This document shows, one piece after another, positions 8,442 through 18,146 of a stretch of 42,385 nt of DNA. The notes beneath the pieces were generated by a model that had not been told where the DNA came from, did no database searches, and saw only the letters and a list, made by a program, of their open reading frames with translations. Made by a program: the position numbers and the translations under genes. Every line of letters starts with the position of its first letter. Position 1 is the stretch's first letter. Where the stretch lies: contig JBMORE010000003.1 of the NCBI GenBank assembly GCA_049322255.1, positions 1 through 42,385 of the forward strand, in the 5' to 3' direction. Origin of the DNA: Myxococcota bacterium. GTDB taxonomy: Bacteria; Myxococcota; Myxococcia; Myxococcales; Myxococcaceae.

Positions 8442-10316
8442 TCACACCTGCACGGAAACGTCGGCGGCACTGACGAACGCCGGGCTCGTCGTCAGATGCA
8501 ACACCTGGGTCACTGTCCCCAAGTGCTTGAGCATTCGGGCCAAGAGCGCGTGTTTCGAGGTGTCGACCAGCGGAAGAACGTCTTCGACGACCACCGGCAC
8601 CTTGAAACGCTGGCAATACTTCTCCACCAGGGTGAGCCGCAGAGCCAGGTAGAGCATGTCCAGGTCCTTTCCCGGCAGCTCGCTGGCGCTCACTTTGCGC
8701 TCGGGCGCGAGCACGAACGCTTTGCCGTCCTTGTCCACCTCGAGGTCGTGGTAGCGCCGATCGGTGAGGGCCGAGAGGTACTGCACCGCGCGCTCTTTGA
8801 GCAGCCGGTGAAGCGCCGGGACGTCGCAGGTGAACAAGTCGGCGCCCAGCATCATCAGCGCCGGTGAGGGGTCTTCGAAAGTATCGACGGGGGCCTTCGA
8901 CGACGCCCCCGGGGCCGGCGCCGCGGGAGCCCTGGCCTTGCCAATCGACTCCTTCACCCGGGCGATTTCCCGCTCCACCTCGCGCACGTCTCGCACGTAC
9001 CCGCCCCCGCGCTCGAGTAGCTGGGCGTTGATGTTTTCCTGCTCCGTCTTGAGCTGTTGGTAGGCGGCCGCCGCGCTGGCGTATTCCGGGTTCTGCTCGT
9101 ACTCCCGAAGCTGCGCCTTGAGCTCCTCCAACTTGTGCGCATAGCGGTCGCGCATCGCCAGCACCTCGCGCAGCTCCTCCACCGTTTCCACCTGCGCCGC
9201 GTGCAAGGCAGCCTTCACCTGCGCGGCCTCGGCCTGAAAGTCGTCGTGAATCTTCTTTTCCCGCGCCACCAAGAAGTCCCCCTTGCGGCTGGTGCGGGTG
9301 CTTGCCTGGAGGTCCTCCACCCAGCGCAAGGCGACCAGCGCGGCGAACCCGAACGCGGGAATGTCGAGCAGCGCCACGTAGCGCAAGTAGCCCTGAAGCT
9401 GCGTGGCCAACCCCAGAAAGAGCGCTCCGGCGATCGCGCCACCCAAAAAGCGCGGGTCCCTCCACAACGGTTCCACCCAGGTAGGCCCCGAGCTCTGGGC
9501 TGCCTGCTCCTTCTCCGCCTCGAGCCGGGCGAGCGCCTCGTCGCGCCGTTGCACAAGCTGAGGGTACCGATCGAGCCGGGCGAGAATGTCTTCCGAAAGC
9601 CCCAGCGACTTGGGCGTGGGCGCCTGGGCGTATGACGCCTGCGCTTCCTGCACCGCGGCCTTGAGCCCTTGGGTCTGTTTGAGCTTCCCCTCCAGCTCGA
9701 ACATCTGCGAGGCCACGCCGTCGAGCTTGAACTGGAGCTGGTCGACGTCTTTGGAGAGCGCGTGCTCCTTTTGCAGCTCGGTCAGCCGGGCCTGCGCCGC
9801 GCCCAAGTCGGAGGCGGCCTCCACCGGCTGCTGACCGGCCAGGCCCATCTTCGGCGCCGCCTTTGCCGCGGTGCCCCCCTTGGGCTTGGGGCGGCGGGAC
9901 GGGAACTGGTCGGACTGGAAGGTGAAGAGCTGCTCGAATGTCGTCTTGGGCGGCATCCCCGCCTGGGCACGCAAGACCTGGCTGGTCTCAGCTGCGTCCT
10001 GGGTCACCACCTCGAATTGGGTGGTGGCTTGGTTGAGCCGGTGGAGCGCCCCCGCCCCGCCCAGCTCGCGCACCAGCCGGTAGGTGGCTTGGTCGTTGCC
10101 CAAAAGGGTCAGACCGGCCTTGCCCGCCTTGGCCCCCGGGGCGATGAAAGCGGCATCGCCCCCGCGACCGTCGTTGAAAACCAGGGCGCTGATGAGCTGG
10201 GGAAGCGGCGTCGGCCCGGCCCCGGCCTGGAGGACGGAGTACCCCGGCTTGAGCGCCACACGCCCGCTGATGGAGAAGCCGCGAACCGCTTGGACCGCCA
10301 GCTCGAGGATGTACAT
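8442..10316 (-). CDS. SMC/Rad50/YhaN-like coiled-coil protein with degenerate ATPase motifs and two central TM helices
   Basis: N-terminal MYILELAVQAVRGF strand, long coiled coils, hydrophobic hairpin near the midpoint. C-terminal ELPGKDLDMLYLALRL, PVVVEDVLPLVD and QVLHLT correspond to signature, Walker B and H-loop positions. Confidence 0.75.
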   Translation of the reverse strand: MYILELAVQAVRGFSISGRVALKPGYSVLQAGAGPTPLPQLISALVFNDGRGGDAAFIAPGAKAGKAGLTLLGNDQATYRLVRELGGAGALHRLNQATTQFEVVTQDAAETSQVLRAQAGMPPKTTFEQLFTFQSDQFPSRRPKPKGGTAAKAAPKMGLAGQQPVEAASDLGAAQARLTELQKEHALSKDVDQLQFKLDGVASQMFELEGKLKQTQGLKAAVQEAQASYAQAPTPKSLGLSEDILARLDRYPQLVQRRDEALARLEAEKEQAAQSSGPTWVEPLWRDPRFLGGAIAGALFLGLATQLQGYLRYVALLDIPAFGFAALVALRWVEDLQASTRTSRKGDFLVAREKKIHDDFQAEAAQVKAALHAAQVETVEELREVLAMRDRYAHKLEELKAQLREYEQNPEYASAAAAYQQLKTEQENINAQLLERGGGYVRDVREVEREIARVKESIGKARAPAAPAPGASSKAPVDTFEDPSPALMMLGADLFTCDVPALHRLLKERAVQYLSALTDRRYHDLEVDKDGKAFVLAPERKVSASELPGKDLDMLYLALRLTLVEKYCQRFKVPVVVEDVLPLVDTSKHALLARMLKHLGTVTQVLHLTTSPAFVSAADVSVQV

Positions 10317-10353
10317 GGCGGGCGGCAGTTTATTCGCGACGCCGCCTGAAGCC

Positions 10354-10821
10354 CTACTCCTTCTTCGCTTCGGCTTTGGCGGCCTTCGCCTTGGCCTTCT
10401 TCGCCGGCTTGGCGGCGGGAGCCTCGGTGATGGCGGCAGCTTCCGCCTTGGGGGCCTGGGCCTCCTCGAGCACCTCCTCCTGCTGCTCGATGCGTGAGGC
10501 CTTGCCGCGCAAGGCGCGCAGGTAGAAGAGCCGATTCCGGTTCACGTCGCCCTTGGAGAGGATTTCGATCTTCTCGTAACGAGGGCTGTGGAGGGGAAAG
10601 ATGCGCTCCACCCCGACGCCGTAGGACATCTTCCGGACGGTGAAGGTGGCCGAATTCTGGCCGCGGGTCTTGCGAATGACCACGCCCTCGAACGCCTGGG
10701 GGCGCTCCTTGTCGCCTTCGCGCACCTTCCAGAACACCCGAACGGTGTCTCCGGTGCGAAACTCGGGAACGTCCTTGCGCAGCTGCCTGGACTGAATGAA
10801 TTCGATCGCGCTGGGGCGCAT
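10354..10821 (-). CDS. rplS: 50S ribosomal protein L19 with Ala/Lys/Glu-rich C-terminal tail
   Basis: [43 protein letters not shown]. Confidence 0.97.
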   Translation of the reverse strand: MRPSAIEFIQSRQLRKDVPEFRTGDTVRVFWKVREGDKERPQAFEGVVIRKTRGQNSATFTVRKMSYGVGVERIFPLHSPRYEKIEILSKGDVNRNRLFYLRALRGKASRIEQQEEVLEEAQAPKAEAAAITEAPAAKPAKKAKAKAAKAEAKKE

Positions 10822-10849
10822 GATGCGTCACTCCTGAAAAAGAGCGGCT

Positions 10850-10878
10850 CCACTAGCAAAAGCCCAAAGGTGTGTCCA
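10850..10878 (-). promoter_or_regulatory. Putative internal sigma70-type promoter for rplS
   Basis: TGGACA-17 nt-TAGTGG followed by GCCGCTCTTT; resembles the rpsP and icd upstream regions. Confidence 0.4.
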
Positions 10879-10908
10879 GTCGTGGCATGCGCCACCTTGC
10901 GCCACCGC

Positions 10909-11640
10909 CTAGAGCGCCTCCTCCGGCAGCTCGATGAGACGCACATCCTCTGGCGAAAGCGTGAGCGCCCTGAAGAGATCCGGCCGGCGCTCCCGGGTGG
11001 CGCGCAACGCATGCCAGCGGCGCCAGCGGGCGATGCGCGCATGGTCTCCCGATTGGAGCACCTCGGGTACCCGCGCCCCGCGAAACTCAGGAGGACGGGT
11101 GTAGTGCGGGTGCTCGAGCACGCCCTCCTCGAAGCTTTCCGCCCCGGCCGACGCCACGTTGCCCAACACGCCCGGCACCAAGCGGGCGACCGCGTCCACC
11201 ACGCACAGCGCTGCCAGCTCGCCCCCGGTCAGCACGAAGTCCCCCACCGACACCTCCCCGTCCACGTACGCAAGCACTCGCTCGTCAACCCCCTCGTACC
11301 GCCCGCAGACGAGAATCAACGCCTCTTCCCGCGAAAGCTCGCGCACCAAGACTTGATCGAGCCGCCGCCCGCGCGGGCTCATCAGAAGCACCTGGCCCTT
11401 GGGCAGCCGCGTGCGCGCCGCTTCAATCGCCGCCACCAAAGGCTCCACCTTCATCACCATGCCCGCACCGCCGCCGTAGGGCGTGTCGTCGGTCACCTTG
11501 TGCTTGCCCGCCGCGTAGGCGCGTATGTCGATGGGCCGCACCTCGATGAGCCCCTTCTCCGCCGCCTTGCCCAAGATGCTCTGGCCCAGATACCCCGCCA
11601 CCATCTCGGGGAAGAGGGTGAGAACCTCGAAGCGCGTCAT
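10909..11640 (-). CDS. trmD: tRNA (guanine37-N1)-methyltransferase
   Basis: [43 protein letters not shown]. Confidence 0.97.
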   Translation of the reverse strand: MTRFEVLTLFPEMVAGYLGQSILGKAAEKGLIEVRPIDIRAYAAGKHKVTDDTPYGGGAGMVMKVEPLVAAIEAARTRLPKGQVLLMSPRGRRLDQVLVRELSREEALILVCGRYEGVDERVLAYVDGEVSVGDFVLTGGELAALCVVDAVARLVPGVLGNVASAGAESFEEGVLEHPHYTRPPEFRGARVPEVLQSGDHARIARWRRWHALRATRERRPDLFRALTLSPEDVRLIELPEEAL

Positions 11641-12150
11641 CTAGGAGTACTCCAACGGCCGCACCACCACCCGCCGGGCGTTCAGATCGACCTTGGGCAC
11701 GAACTCTTCGGCGAAGGGCACCAAGAGCTCCTGCGCCTCCCGGCGAATCACCAAGTTGGGCACTTCGCCGGCGTCGACGAGCCCCTCGACCGTCCCCAAC
11801 ACATTCCCCCGCTCGTCGACCGCGGCCAGACCGATTAAGTCTCCGAGGAAATATTGGCCCTCTTTCAGCGCGCCCAAGTCCTCGCGAAAGGCGAGCACGG
11901 TGGCACCCACCAGCGCGGCGGCCTTTTCGCGCCCGTAAATTCCCTTCAAGCCCAAGAGAGTCTCCTTCGCCGTGGCACGCGCCGACTGCACGGCCAGCGT
12001 CTTTTCCTTTCCCTCTTTCGTGCGCAAAAGCACCCGACGGAGGTGGAAGAGAGTTTCGGAGCCCGGGTCGAAGGTCTTCACCGCCACCTCGCCCAAAAGC
12101 CCGTGCGCACGGCACACGTAACCGACCTCCAGATGTGCCTTGAGCGCCAC
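11641..12150 (-). CDS. rimM: Ribosome maturation factor RimM
   Basis: VGYVCRAHGLLGEV, YFLGDLIGL, LLVPF; conserved rpsP-khpA-rimM-trmD-rplS order. Confidence 0.95.
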   Translation of the reverse strand: MALKAHLEVGYVCRAHGLLGEVAVKTFDPGSETLFHLRRVLLRTKEGKEKTLAVQSARATAKETLLGLKGIYGREKAAALVGATVLAFREDLGALKEGQYFLGDLIGLAAVDERGNVLGTVEGLVDAGEVPNLVIRREAQELLVPFAEEFVPKVDLNARRVVVRPLEYS

Positions 12151-12441
12151 CTAACCTGCGTCGGGAGGAGCGCTGGGCGAGGGCGCGGCAGCAGGCACGG
12201 CGTTGCGCCGATCGTCGAGAATCTCCAGCCGCACCTTCTCGCCCTTGCGCTGCGCCAGGTGCGCCAAGAGGGTGCGCATCGCGTTCACCGTGCGCCCGTC
12301 GCGGCCAATCACCTTGCCCACGTCTTCCGGAGCCACCTTGAGCTCGAGCACCCGCCCCCCGTCGGCGGGCGAGACGCGCACCTCCACCTGCTCGGGCTTA
12401 TCGACCAAGGCCTTGGCAATGAGCTCGAGGAGGCCGGTCAC
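12151..12441 (-). CDS. khpA: KH-domain RNA-binding protein KhpA (YlqC)
   Basis: LVDKPEQV, DVGKVIGRDGRTVNAMRT; lies between rpsP and rimM. Confidence 0.92.
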   Translation of the reverse strand: MTGLLELIAKALVDKPEQVEVRVSPADGGRVLELKVAPEDVGKVIGRDGRTVNAMRTLLAHLAQRKGEKVRLEILDDRRNAVPAAAPSPSAPPDAG

Positions 12442-12450
12442 GGCGAAGCG

Positions 12451-12705
12451 TTACGCCTTGGCCTGCTGGCGCTTCGACCGCTTGAGCAAGCCAGCCACGG
12501 TTTCGGAGGGGGTGGCGCCGACCTGGAGCCAGTGCTGCAGCCGCTCCTCGTTGACCTCGAACTTGGGCGGCTCGAGGTTGGGGTCGTACGCGCCGATCGC
12601 CTCGATGAACTTGCCATCGCGAGGGTTGCGCGAGTCGGTCGCGACCACGTGGTAGTACGGCATCTTCTTGGCGCCCGCGCGGGCAAGACGAAGGACGACG
12701 GCCAT
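12451..12705 (-). CDS. rpsP: 30S ribosomal protein S16
   Basis: MAVVLRLARAGAKKMPYYHVV, RDGKFIEAIGAYDP, WLQVGATPSETV. Confidence 0.98.
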   Translation of the reverse strand: MAVVLRLARAGAKKMPYYHVVATDSRNPRDGKFIEAIGAYDPNLEPPKFEVNEERLQHWLQVGATPSETVAGLLKRSKRQQAKA

Positions 12706-12739
12706 GGCACAAACTCCAAACGCGTTGAAAGAGGCGCGG

Positions 12740-12769
12740 CTCTTAGCGGACGGTGCGTCGAAAAGTCAA
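12740..12769 (-). promoter_or_regulatory. Putative promoter of the rpsP operon
   Basis: TTGACT-18 nt-TAAGAG then GC-rich CCGCGCCTCTTTC; the -35 overlaps the rlmN stop. Confidence 0.5.
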
Positions 12770-13842
12770 GGATGCTCGCGGCTTTCCGCTGTGGCGCCCT
12801 GCCGGTTGGCCAGTTGGCCGCACGCCGCCGCGATGTCTCTCCCCCGGTTCTTGCGGATGTAGGCGGCCACCCGCCCCTGCGCGAGGATGGCGCGGAAAGC
12901 CTCGGCGCGCTCTTCGCCCGTGCTCGCGAACCCTAACCCCGGGTTCTCGTTGTAGGGGATCAGGTTCACCTTCACCGGAATGCCGGAAAGCAGCTCCATC
13001 AGCCGGCGCGCGTCGTCGTCCGAGTCGTTGACCCCTTTCATGAGCACGTACTCGAAGGTGATGCGCCGGCCCTGGCGCAAGGGGAATCTGCGGCACGCGG
13101 CGAGAAGCGCTTCCAAATTCCACTTCTTGTTCACCGGCATCAGCTGGTTTCGCTGCTCGTCGGTCGTCGCGTTGAGCGAGATGGCGAGCTTGACGTCGGT
13201 CTCTTTCCCGAAGCGCTCGATCATCGGCACCAGCCCCACGGTGGAGACGGTGATGTGCCGGTGCGAGAAGTTGGGCCCACCTTCCGACTGCAGAATGGAA
13301 AGCGCGGTCTTCAAGTTCTCGAAGTTGTGCAACGGCTCGCCCATGCCCATGAAGACCAGGTTGGTGAGCGGGCGGTAGGTATCGGTGACGCCTTCGTTGG
13401 CGCGAATCTCCCGGTTCACCGCGTGCACCTGCGAGACGATTTCCCCCGGGGTGAGGTGGCGCAAAAGCCCCAAGGTAGCGGTCATGCAGAAGGTGCAACC
13501 CATCGCGCAGCCCACCTGGGTGGAGACGCACAGCGTCTTGCGGTCCTCCGAGGGCATGTAGACCGATTCGATCAGCCGGCCGTCCTGCGTCTTGAAGCGG
13601 TACTTGATGGTGCCGTCCACCGAGCGCTGCTCCAAGTCCTTGGTGAGCGGCAAAAGCGTGGCGCGCGCGGCGAGCTTTTGGCGCAGCTCCCTGGAGAGGT
13701 CGGTCATCTCCTCGAACGACGTCGCCCCGCGCTGGTGGAGCCACCCGTAGATCTGCCTGGCGCGAAACGCCCGCTCACCCAGCTCGTCGGTGACGAACCG
13801 GGTGAGCGCTTCGAGAGTGAGGCCGCTTAGGTCGTGTCCCAA
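12766..13842 (-). CDS. rlmN: Dual-specificity RNA methyltransferase RlmN (radical SAM)
   Basis: CVSTQVGCAMGCTFC, FMGMGEP, ISLNA, VNLIPYN, DIAAACGQL. Confidence 0.96.
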   Translation of the reverse strand: MGHDLSGLTLEALTRFVTDELGERAFRARQIYGWLHQRGATSFEEMTDLSRELRQKLAARATLLPLTKDLEQRSVDGTIKYRFKTQDGRLIESVYMPSEDRKTLCVSTQVGCAMGCTFCMTATLGLLRHLTPGEIVSQVHAVNREIRANEGVTDTYRPLTNLVFMGMGEPLHNFENLKTALSILQSEGGPNFSHRHITVSTVGLVPMIERFGKETDVKLAISLNATTDEQRNQLMPVNKKWNLEALLAACRRFPLRQGRRITFEYVLMKGVNDSDDDARRLMELLSGIPVKVNLIPYNENPGLGFASTGEERAEAFRAILAQGRVAAYIRKNRGRDIAAACGQLANRQGATAESREHP

Positions 13843-13845
13843 ATC

Positions 13846-15276
13846 CTAGAACAGGCTCCAGAGGTACTGGTTGGTGACCTCGTGGTGGAACATGATCTCC
13901 GCCGCCTTGATCTGCGTGCCCAGCTGGCGCGGGCAGCGATCAGCCGAGATCTGCTTGAGCTCGGAGTACTTGCCCACCAGCGTCTCGCCGAGCATCTGGT
14001 TGGCGAACTGGCTGCCCTTGAAGAGACGAATGGCGTCGTAGACGTTGTCGGGCAAGAAGCGGGTGCGGCTCTTCTTGGTCTCGTCCTCCTGCGAGGGGGG
14101 GCCCTCCAGGCCGGTGCGCAAGAGCGCATAGAGCACCAGGTACGGGTTGGCGTCGGGCGCCACCGAGCGCACCTCGATGCGCGCCGAACGCTCGTTGCCG
14201 TAGGGGATACGCACCATCGCCCCGCGGTTGTTGGCGCTGGCCTTGATCTGGTTGGGCGCCTCGTAGTGCGGGTCGAGCCGGCGGTAGGCGTTCACGCTGG
14301 AGTTGAGCACCAGGCAGACGTCGTTGGCGTTGTTCAAGATGCGGTCGATGAAGTCCCAGCCGAGCTTCGACAGCCCGTGCTCACCGGCCTTGTCGTGGAA
14401 GAGGTTCTTGCCCCCCTTGGCCAAGGACAGGTTGGTGTGCATGCCGTTGCCGTTCACCCCGGTGACCGGCTTGGGGAGGAACGACGCGGTGCAGTCGAGC
14501 TGCGCGGCGGCCTGGCGGCAGAGCAGCTTGTAGAGCTGAATCTGGTCGGCGGCGATCAGCGCCTCGCTGAACATGAAGTTCATCTCGAACTGGCTGGGCG
14601 CGACCTCGGGGTGGTCTTTCTCGTTCTCGAAGCCCATCGCCCGCTGCGCCTCGGCGGCCTTGTCGATGAACAGGCGCAAGGCGTCGCCGGGCAGCGAGTG
14701 GTAGTAGCCACCGGTAGAGATGAACTCGAACTTGTTCGTCTCGTGGTAGCGCCGCTCGGCGTCACGACCCTTGAAGAGGAAGCCCTCGATCTCGGTGGCC
14801 GCGTGGCACACCGTGCCATCCTTCTTGTACAGCTCTTCACAGGTACGGCGCAGCGACGAGCGCATGTCGGCGTGGTACGGGGTGCCGTCGCGCTCGAGCA
14901 CCTCGCCGAACACCAGCACCTTGCCCGGGCCGAAGATGTCGGCGGGCAGCCAATAGAACGCGCCCCAGTCGAGCGCCAGCCTCAAATCGGACTCCGACTG
15001 CTGGGAGAACCCTCGAATCGACGAGCCGTCGAAGGTCAGGTTGTCGGCCGACTTGAGCAAGAACTTCTTGTCGTAGTCGAGCATGTGGAACCGACCCTCG
15101 AGGTCGGTGAAGCACACGGTGACCGCCTTGATGCGGCGCTCGTCGGCCAGGTACTTCACCCGCTGCTCGCGAAGCTTGTCGGGAGCCACCTTCTTGAGGC
15201 GCGCCTCCTTCACCTCGAGATTCATCTCCTCCAACTGCTCGTACGGAATTTCCAGGAAGTCGCGAAGCTGGGTCAT
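13846..15276 (-). CDS. glnA: Glutamine synthetase (type I family)
   Basis: FDGSSIRGF, EIEGFLF, HPEVAPSQFE, FLPKP..GNGMHTN, NAYRRL, NRGAMVRIP, RIEVRS, ANPYL. Start placed at ATG 15276 (MTQLRDF). Confidence 0.93.
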   Translation of the reverse strand: MTQLRDFLEIPYEQLEEMNLEVKEARLKKVAPDKLREQRVKYLADERRIKAVTVCFTDLEGRFHMLDYDKKFLLKSADNLTFDGSSIRGFSQQSESDLRLALDWGAFYWLPADIFGPGKVLVFGEVLERDGTPYHADMRSSLRRTCEELYKKDGTVCHAATEIEGFLFKGRDAERRYHETNKFEFISTGGYYHSLPGDALRLFIDKAAEAQRAMGFENEKDHPEVAPSQFEMNFMFSEALIAADQIQLYKLLCRQAAAQLDCTASFLPKPVTGVNGNGMHTNLSLAKGGKNLFHDKAGEHGLSKLGWDFIDRILNNANDVCLVLNSSVNAYRRLDPHYEAPNQIKASANNRGAMVRIPYGNERSARIEVRSVAPDANPYLVLYALLRTGLEGPPSQEDETKKSRTRFLPDNVYDAIRLFKGSQFANQMLGETLVGKYSELKQISADRCPRQLGTQIKAAEIMFHHEVTNQYLWSLF

Positions 15277-15411
15277 GGGTCGGTCCAGGTCGAGGCCCTG
15301 CGGGCGGTTAGTGTTTCGCGCATGCTTATGGGCTCTTGTTTGCCTCAAATCAAGGTCAAAGTCGGCATGCTTAGGCCATCGTTCAGTTCCGACCAGCCAG
15401 CTGAGCGAGAC

Positions 15412-15441
15412 TTGCCTGGCCAGGTTGGCCAGCCTAATAAT
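15412..15441 (+). promoter_or_regulatory. Promoter/operator of TA module 1
   Basis: TTGCCT (15412-17), 18-nt spacer, AATAAT (15436-41), 6 nt, then GTG start. The spacer holds the perfect palindrome CCTGGCCAGG (15415-24) and a second TGGCCA, typical of Phd-family autorepression sites. Confidence 0.6.
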
Positions 15442-15447
15442 TCCCGC

Positions 15448-15684
15448 GTGACCAAAGTGAACATGCAGGATGCCAAAACCCGCCTCTCCCAACTGGTGGC
15501 TGCCGCCGAACATGGAGAGACAGTCCTTCTCTGTCGGGATGGCGAGCCCGTGGCAGAGATCAGGCCGCTCCGTCGCAGCCTGCGCACGCGCATCGATACC
15601 AGCGATCTCGGACCTCCGGTGGGCCGCGAGGAGGCCCTCGCTCCCCTGGCGCCCGAGGACTGGGGCGACTGGACCGGCGGATGA
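15448..15684 (+). CDS. Phd/YefM-family antitoxin
   Basis: MTKVNMQDAKTRLSQLVAAAEHGETVLLCRDGEPVAEI. It is the C-terminal part of ORF-track 13834..15684 and has an ATGA overlap with the PIN toxin. Confidence 0.9.
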   Translation: MTKVNMQDAKTRLSQLVAAAEHGETVLLCRDGEPVAEIRPLRRSLRTRIDTSDLGPPVGREEALAPLAPEDWGDWTGG

Positions 15685-16091
15685 TCCTCCTCGATACGTG
15701 TACGCTCCTGTGGCTGGTCACCAATCGTGCCGAGCTCTCCGCCGCCGCCGTCCGCGCGATTGACGGTACGCCTGCTGTCTTTGTCTCTGCCGCATCCGCG
15801 TTCGAGATCGGTATCAAGCACCGCCAGGGCAACCTCCAGCTTGGCAGTGCGCCAGAGAGTTGGTGGACGGCGGCAGTCGAACGCCTGAATCTGCTGGAGC
15901 TCTCCATTACATCCGCGGTCGCGCTCGCGTCCACCGCGTTGCCCACTGAGATACTCGTTGCTGGACGGATGATCGAGCACAAGGATCCGGGCGACCGGTT
16001 CATCGTTGCCACCGCGGCGACGCACGGGCTCACCATCGTCACTCCAGATCCAAAGATCGCCGCCTACCCGTCCTCCGCCGTCCTGTGGTGA
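15681..16091 (+). CDS. vapC: PIN-domain (VapC-type) toxin
   Basis: MILLDTC, SAASAFEI, HKDPGDRFIVATA, IVTPD; acidic PIN active-site residues present. Confidence 0.92.
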   Translation: MILLDTCTLLWLVTNRAELSAAAVRAIDGTPAVFVSAASAFEIGIKHRQGNLQLGSAPESWWTAAVERLNLLELSITSAVALASTALPTEILVAGRMIEHKDPGDRFIVATAATHGLTIVTPDPKIAAYPSSAVLW

Positions 16092-16260
16092 ACCGCTTCG
16101 CAGCGGACTCGCGGCGCTTCACCCCAAACGCCCTCGTCACCGGATCAACTTGAAGCATAGTGGACAGCTGAATGGCTTTCCGCCGTTCGCCGCGACCGCG
16201 CCCACGATTGAGAAGATGGCGCCTAACACCGCGGCGGATCGACGCCAGAGCGGCCACGCG

Positions 16261-16698
16261 TCAACGCTTCCAACCGTAGGAGTGCAGCTCGGTCTCACGG
16301 AAGAAGTAGGCGATTTCGATCTTCGCGTTCTCCGGGCTGTCGGACCCGTGCACGGTGTTCTTCTCCACGTTGGTGGCGAAGTCTTTGCGAATGGTGCCCG
16401 GAGCGGCGTTCGCCGGGTTGGTCGCCCCCATCACCTCGCGGTTCTTGGAAATGGCGCTCTCTCCTTCGAGCACCATCAAGAGCACCGGCCCCGAGGTCAT
16501 GAAGCTCACCAGGTCATTGAAGAAGGGCCGCGCCTTGTGCACGGCGTAGAACCCTTCGGCTTCCTTCTTCGACAGCCAGGTCAGCCGCGCGGCGATGGGC
16601 TTGAGCCCGCTTTCCTCGAAGCGGGCGATGACCTTCCCGATGACGCCCTTCTCCAGTCCGTCGGGTTTGATGATTGACAGCGTCCTTTCGATTGCCAT
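16261..16698 (-). CDS. ndk: Nucleoside diphosphate kinase
   Basis: [30 protein letters not shown]. Confidence 0.98.
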   Translation of the reverse strand: MAIERTLSIIKPDGLEKGVIGKVIARFEESGLKPIAARLTWLSKKEAEGFYAVHKARPFFNDLVSFMTSGPVLLMVLEGESAISKNREVMGATNPANAAPGTIRKDFATNVEKNTVHGSDSPENAKIEIAYFFRETELHSYGWKR

Positions 16699-16728
16699 GG
16701 CGTTCTTCCTTTGGTGTGGGTTCGGCGA

Positions 16729-17616
16729 CTAGGAGCGCTTGCGCTTCATCGCCTCTTGCAGCGTGGTTCCCAGCTCGGCGGGCGAGGGAGCCATCACCAC
16801 CCCCGCCGCCTGCATCGCTTTGATCTTCTCGGCCGCGGTTCCCTTGCCCCCGGCGATGATCGCCCCCGCGTGGCCCATGCGCTTGCCCGGAGGCGCGCTC
16901 TGACCGGCGATGAACCCGGCGATCGGCTTTTTGAATTCCTTGGCGATGTACGCCGCGGCGACCTCCTCGGCGCTGCCGCCGATCTCGCCGATCATGATTA
17001 CCGCGTCGGTCTCGGGGTCGGCGTTGAAGAGCCTCAAACAATCGACGAAGTCGGTGCCGTTCACCGGATCGCCGCCGATGCCCACCGCGGTCGACTGGCC
17101 CATGCCCAGGGTGGTCACCTGGTGCACGGCCTCGTAGGTGAGCGTGCCCGAGCGCGACACCACCCCCACGCGTCCCGGCTTGTGAATGTGCCCGGGCATG
17201 ATGCCGATCTTGCACTTGGCCCCGGGGGTGATGACGCCGGGGCAATTGGGGCCCACCAGGCGCACGTTCTTTCCTTGTAGGAAGCGCTTCACCTTCACCA
17301 TGTCGTTCACCGGAATGCCTTCGGTGATGGTGATGATGAGCGGCACCCCGGCGGCGGCGGCCTCCATGATCGCGTCGGAGGCGAAGGCCGGCGGGACGAA
17401 GATCACCGAGGCGTTGGCCCCGGTCTCTCTCACCGCCTCGGCCACCGTGTTGAACAGCGGCACCTTCCCTTCGAAGGCCTGCCCGCCCTTCCCCGGCACC
17501 ACCCCCGCCACCAGCGTAGTCCCGTACTCCAGCATCTGCTTGGCGTGGAACGAGCCCGCCGATCCGGTGATGCCTTGGCAAAGAACCTTGGTCTCCCGAT
17601 TCACCAGAATGCTCAT
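16729..17616 (-). CDS. sucD: Succinyl-CoA synthetase alpha subunit
   Basis: [39 protein letters not shown]. Start placed at ATG 17616. Confidence 0.97.
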   Translation of the reverse strand: MSILVNRETKVLCQGITGSAGSFHAKQMLEYGTTLVAGVVPGKGGQAFEGKVPLFNTVAEAVRETGANASVIFVPPAFASDAIMEAAAAGVPLIITITEGIPVNDMVKVKRFLQGKNVRLVGPNCPGVITPGAKCKIGIMPGHIHKPGRVGVVSRSGTLTYEAVHQVTTLGMGQSTAVGIGGDPVNGTDFVDCLRLFNADPETDAVIMIGEIGGSAEEVAAAYIAKEFKKPIAGFIAGQSAPPGKRMGHAGAIIAGGKGTAAEKIKAMQAAGVVMAPSPAELGTTLQEAMKRKRS

Positions 17617-18146
17617 GGTCGCTTTTCCTCCGAAAACCCCATCGGCACTTCCTGCAGCGAAAGCCCTACCGGCCCCTGGTACGTCCAGGAGCGCTTCCCC
17701 CCACATGACGCGCCGCAGTCGCGCGAGGCGGTGTACTCGAACTCCACCTGCACCGACGCCGAGCCGCCCTTGTTCACCCGCATGTAGCGATCGCCCATGC
17801 CTCCATCCGGCACCGGCCGGGAGAGCATCGCCTCGGGAATGCCGCCGCTGCCCAGGCCCTTCACCTTCGGCGCGCTGAAGGTCACCTCGACATACCCGTT
17901 GCCCTCGAGCGCCAGCCCGCTGCCCTCCTGCGCGTTCTCCATTCGTGCGGTGCCCGCGTCACTGACCTGGAGCCCCTGCTCCACCACCAGCGCCGCGCCG
18001 TCGACCGGAAAGGGGAAGACCACTTTCGCGTTCACCCCGCCCTCCGCGGTGAAGGATGCCCGGTAGGTCACCGCCGCTTCGTCCTTCGTCTGAGGAGGCG
18101 GCCCACACGCGCAGAGCGCCGCCACCCCAAGCCACGCATGTCGCAT
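17613..18146 (-). CDS. Hypothetical lipoprotein between sucC and sucD
   Basis: 177 aa, [14 protein letters not shown] lipobox-like signal, beta-rich, CxxxC near the C-terminus. Overlaps the sucC stop (TGATG) and the sucD start (ATGA). Confidence 0.75.
   Translation of the reverse strand: MRHAWLGVAALCACGPPPQTKDEAAVTYRASFTAEGGVNAKVVFPFPVDGAALVVEQGLQVSDAGTARMENAQEGSGLALEGNGYVEVTFSAPKVKGLGSGGIPEAMLSRPVPDGGMGDRYMRVNKGGSASVQVEFEYTASRDCGASCGGKRSWTYQGPVGLSLQEVPMGFSEEKRP

Noticed and set aside
15361..15380. sigma54 (-24/-12) promoter for glnA (TGGCCTAAGCATGC on the minus strand)
   Set aside because: GG-to-GC spacing is 9 nt instead of the required 10. Similar near-misses upstream of the KGG gene and sdhC were also rejected.
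13834..15447. Apparent 616-aa protein ending in a Phd domain (fusion)
   Set aside because: The upstream part is antisense to glnA. The antitoxin has its own promoter and a GTG start at 15448.
16092..16260. Possible integron attC site (GCCTAAC) or small ORF downstream of vapC
   Set aside because: No matching GTTRRRY box or paired L boxes at suitable distance, no integrase, and the 72-aa ORF has no credible features.
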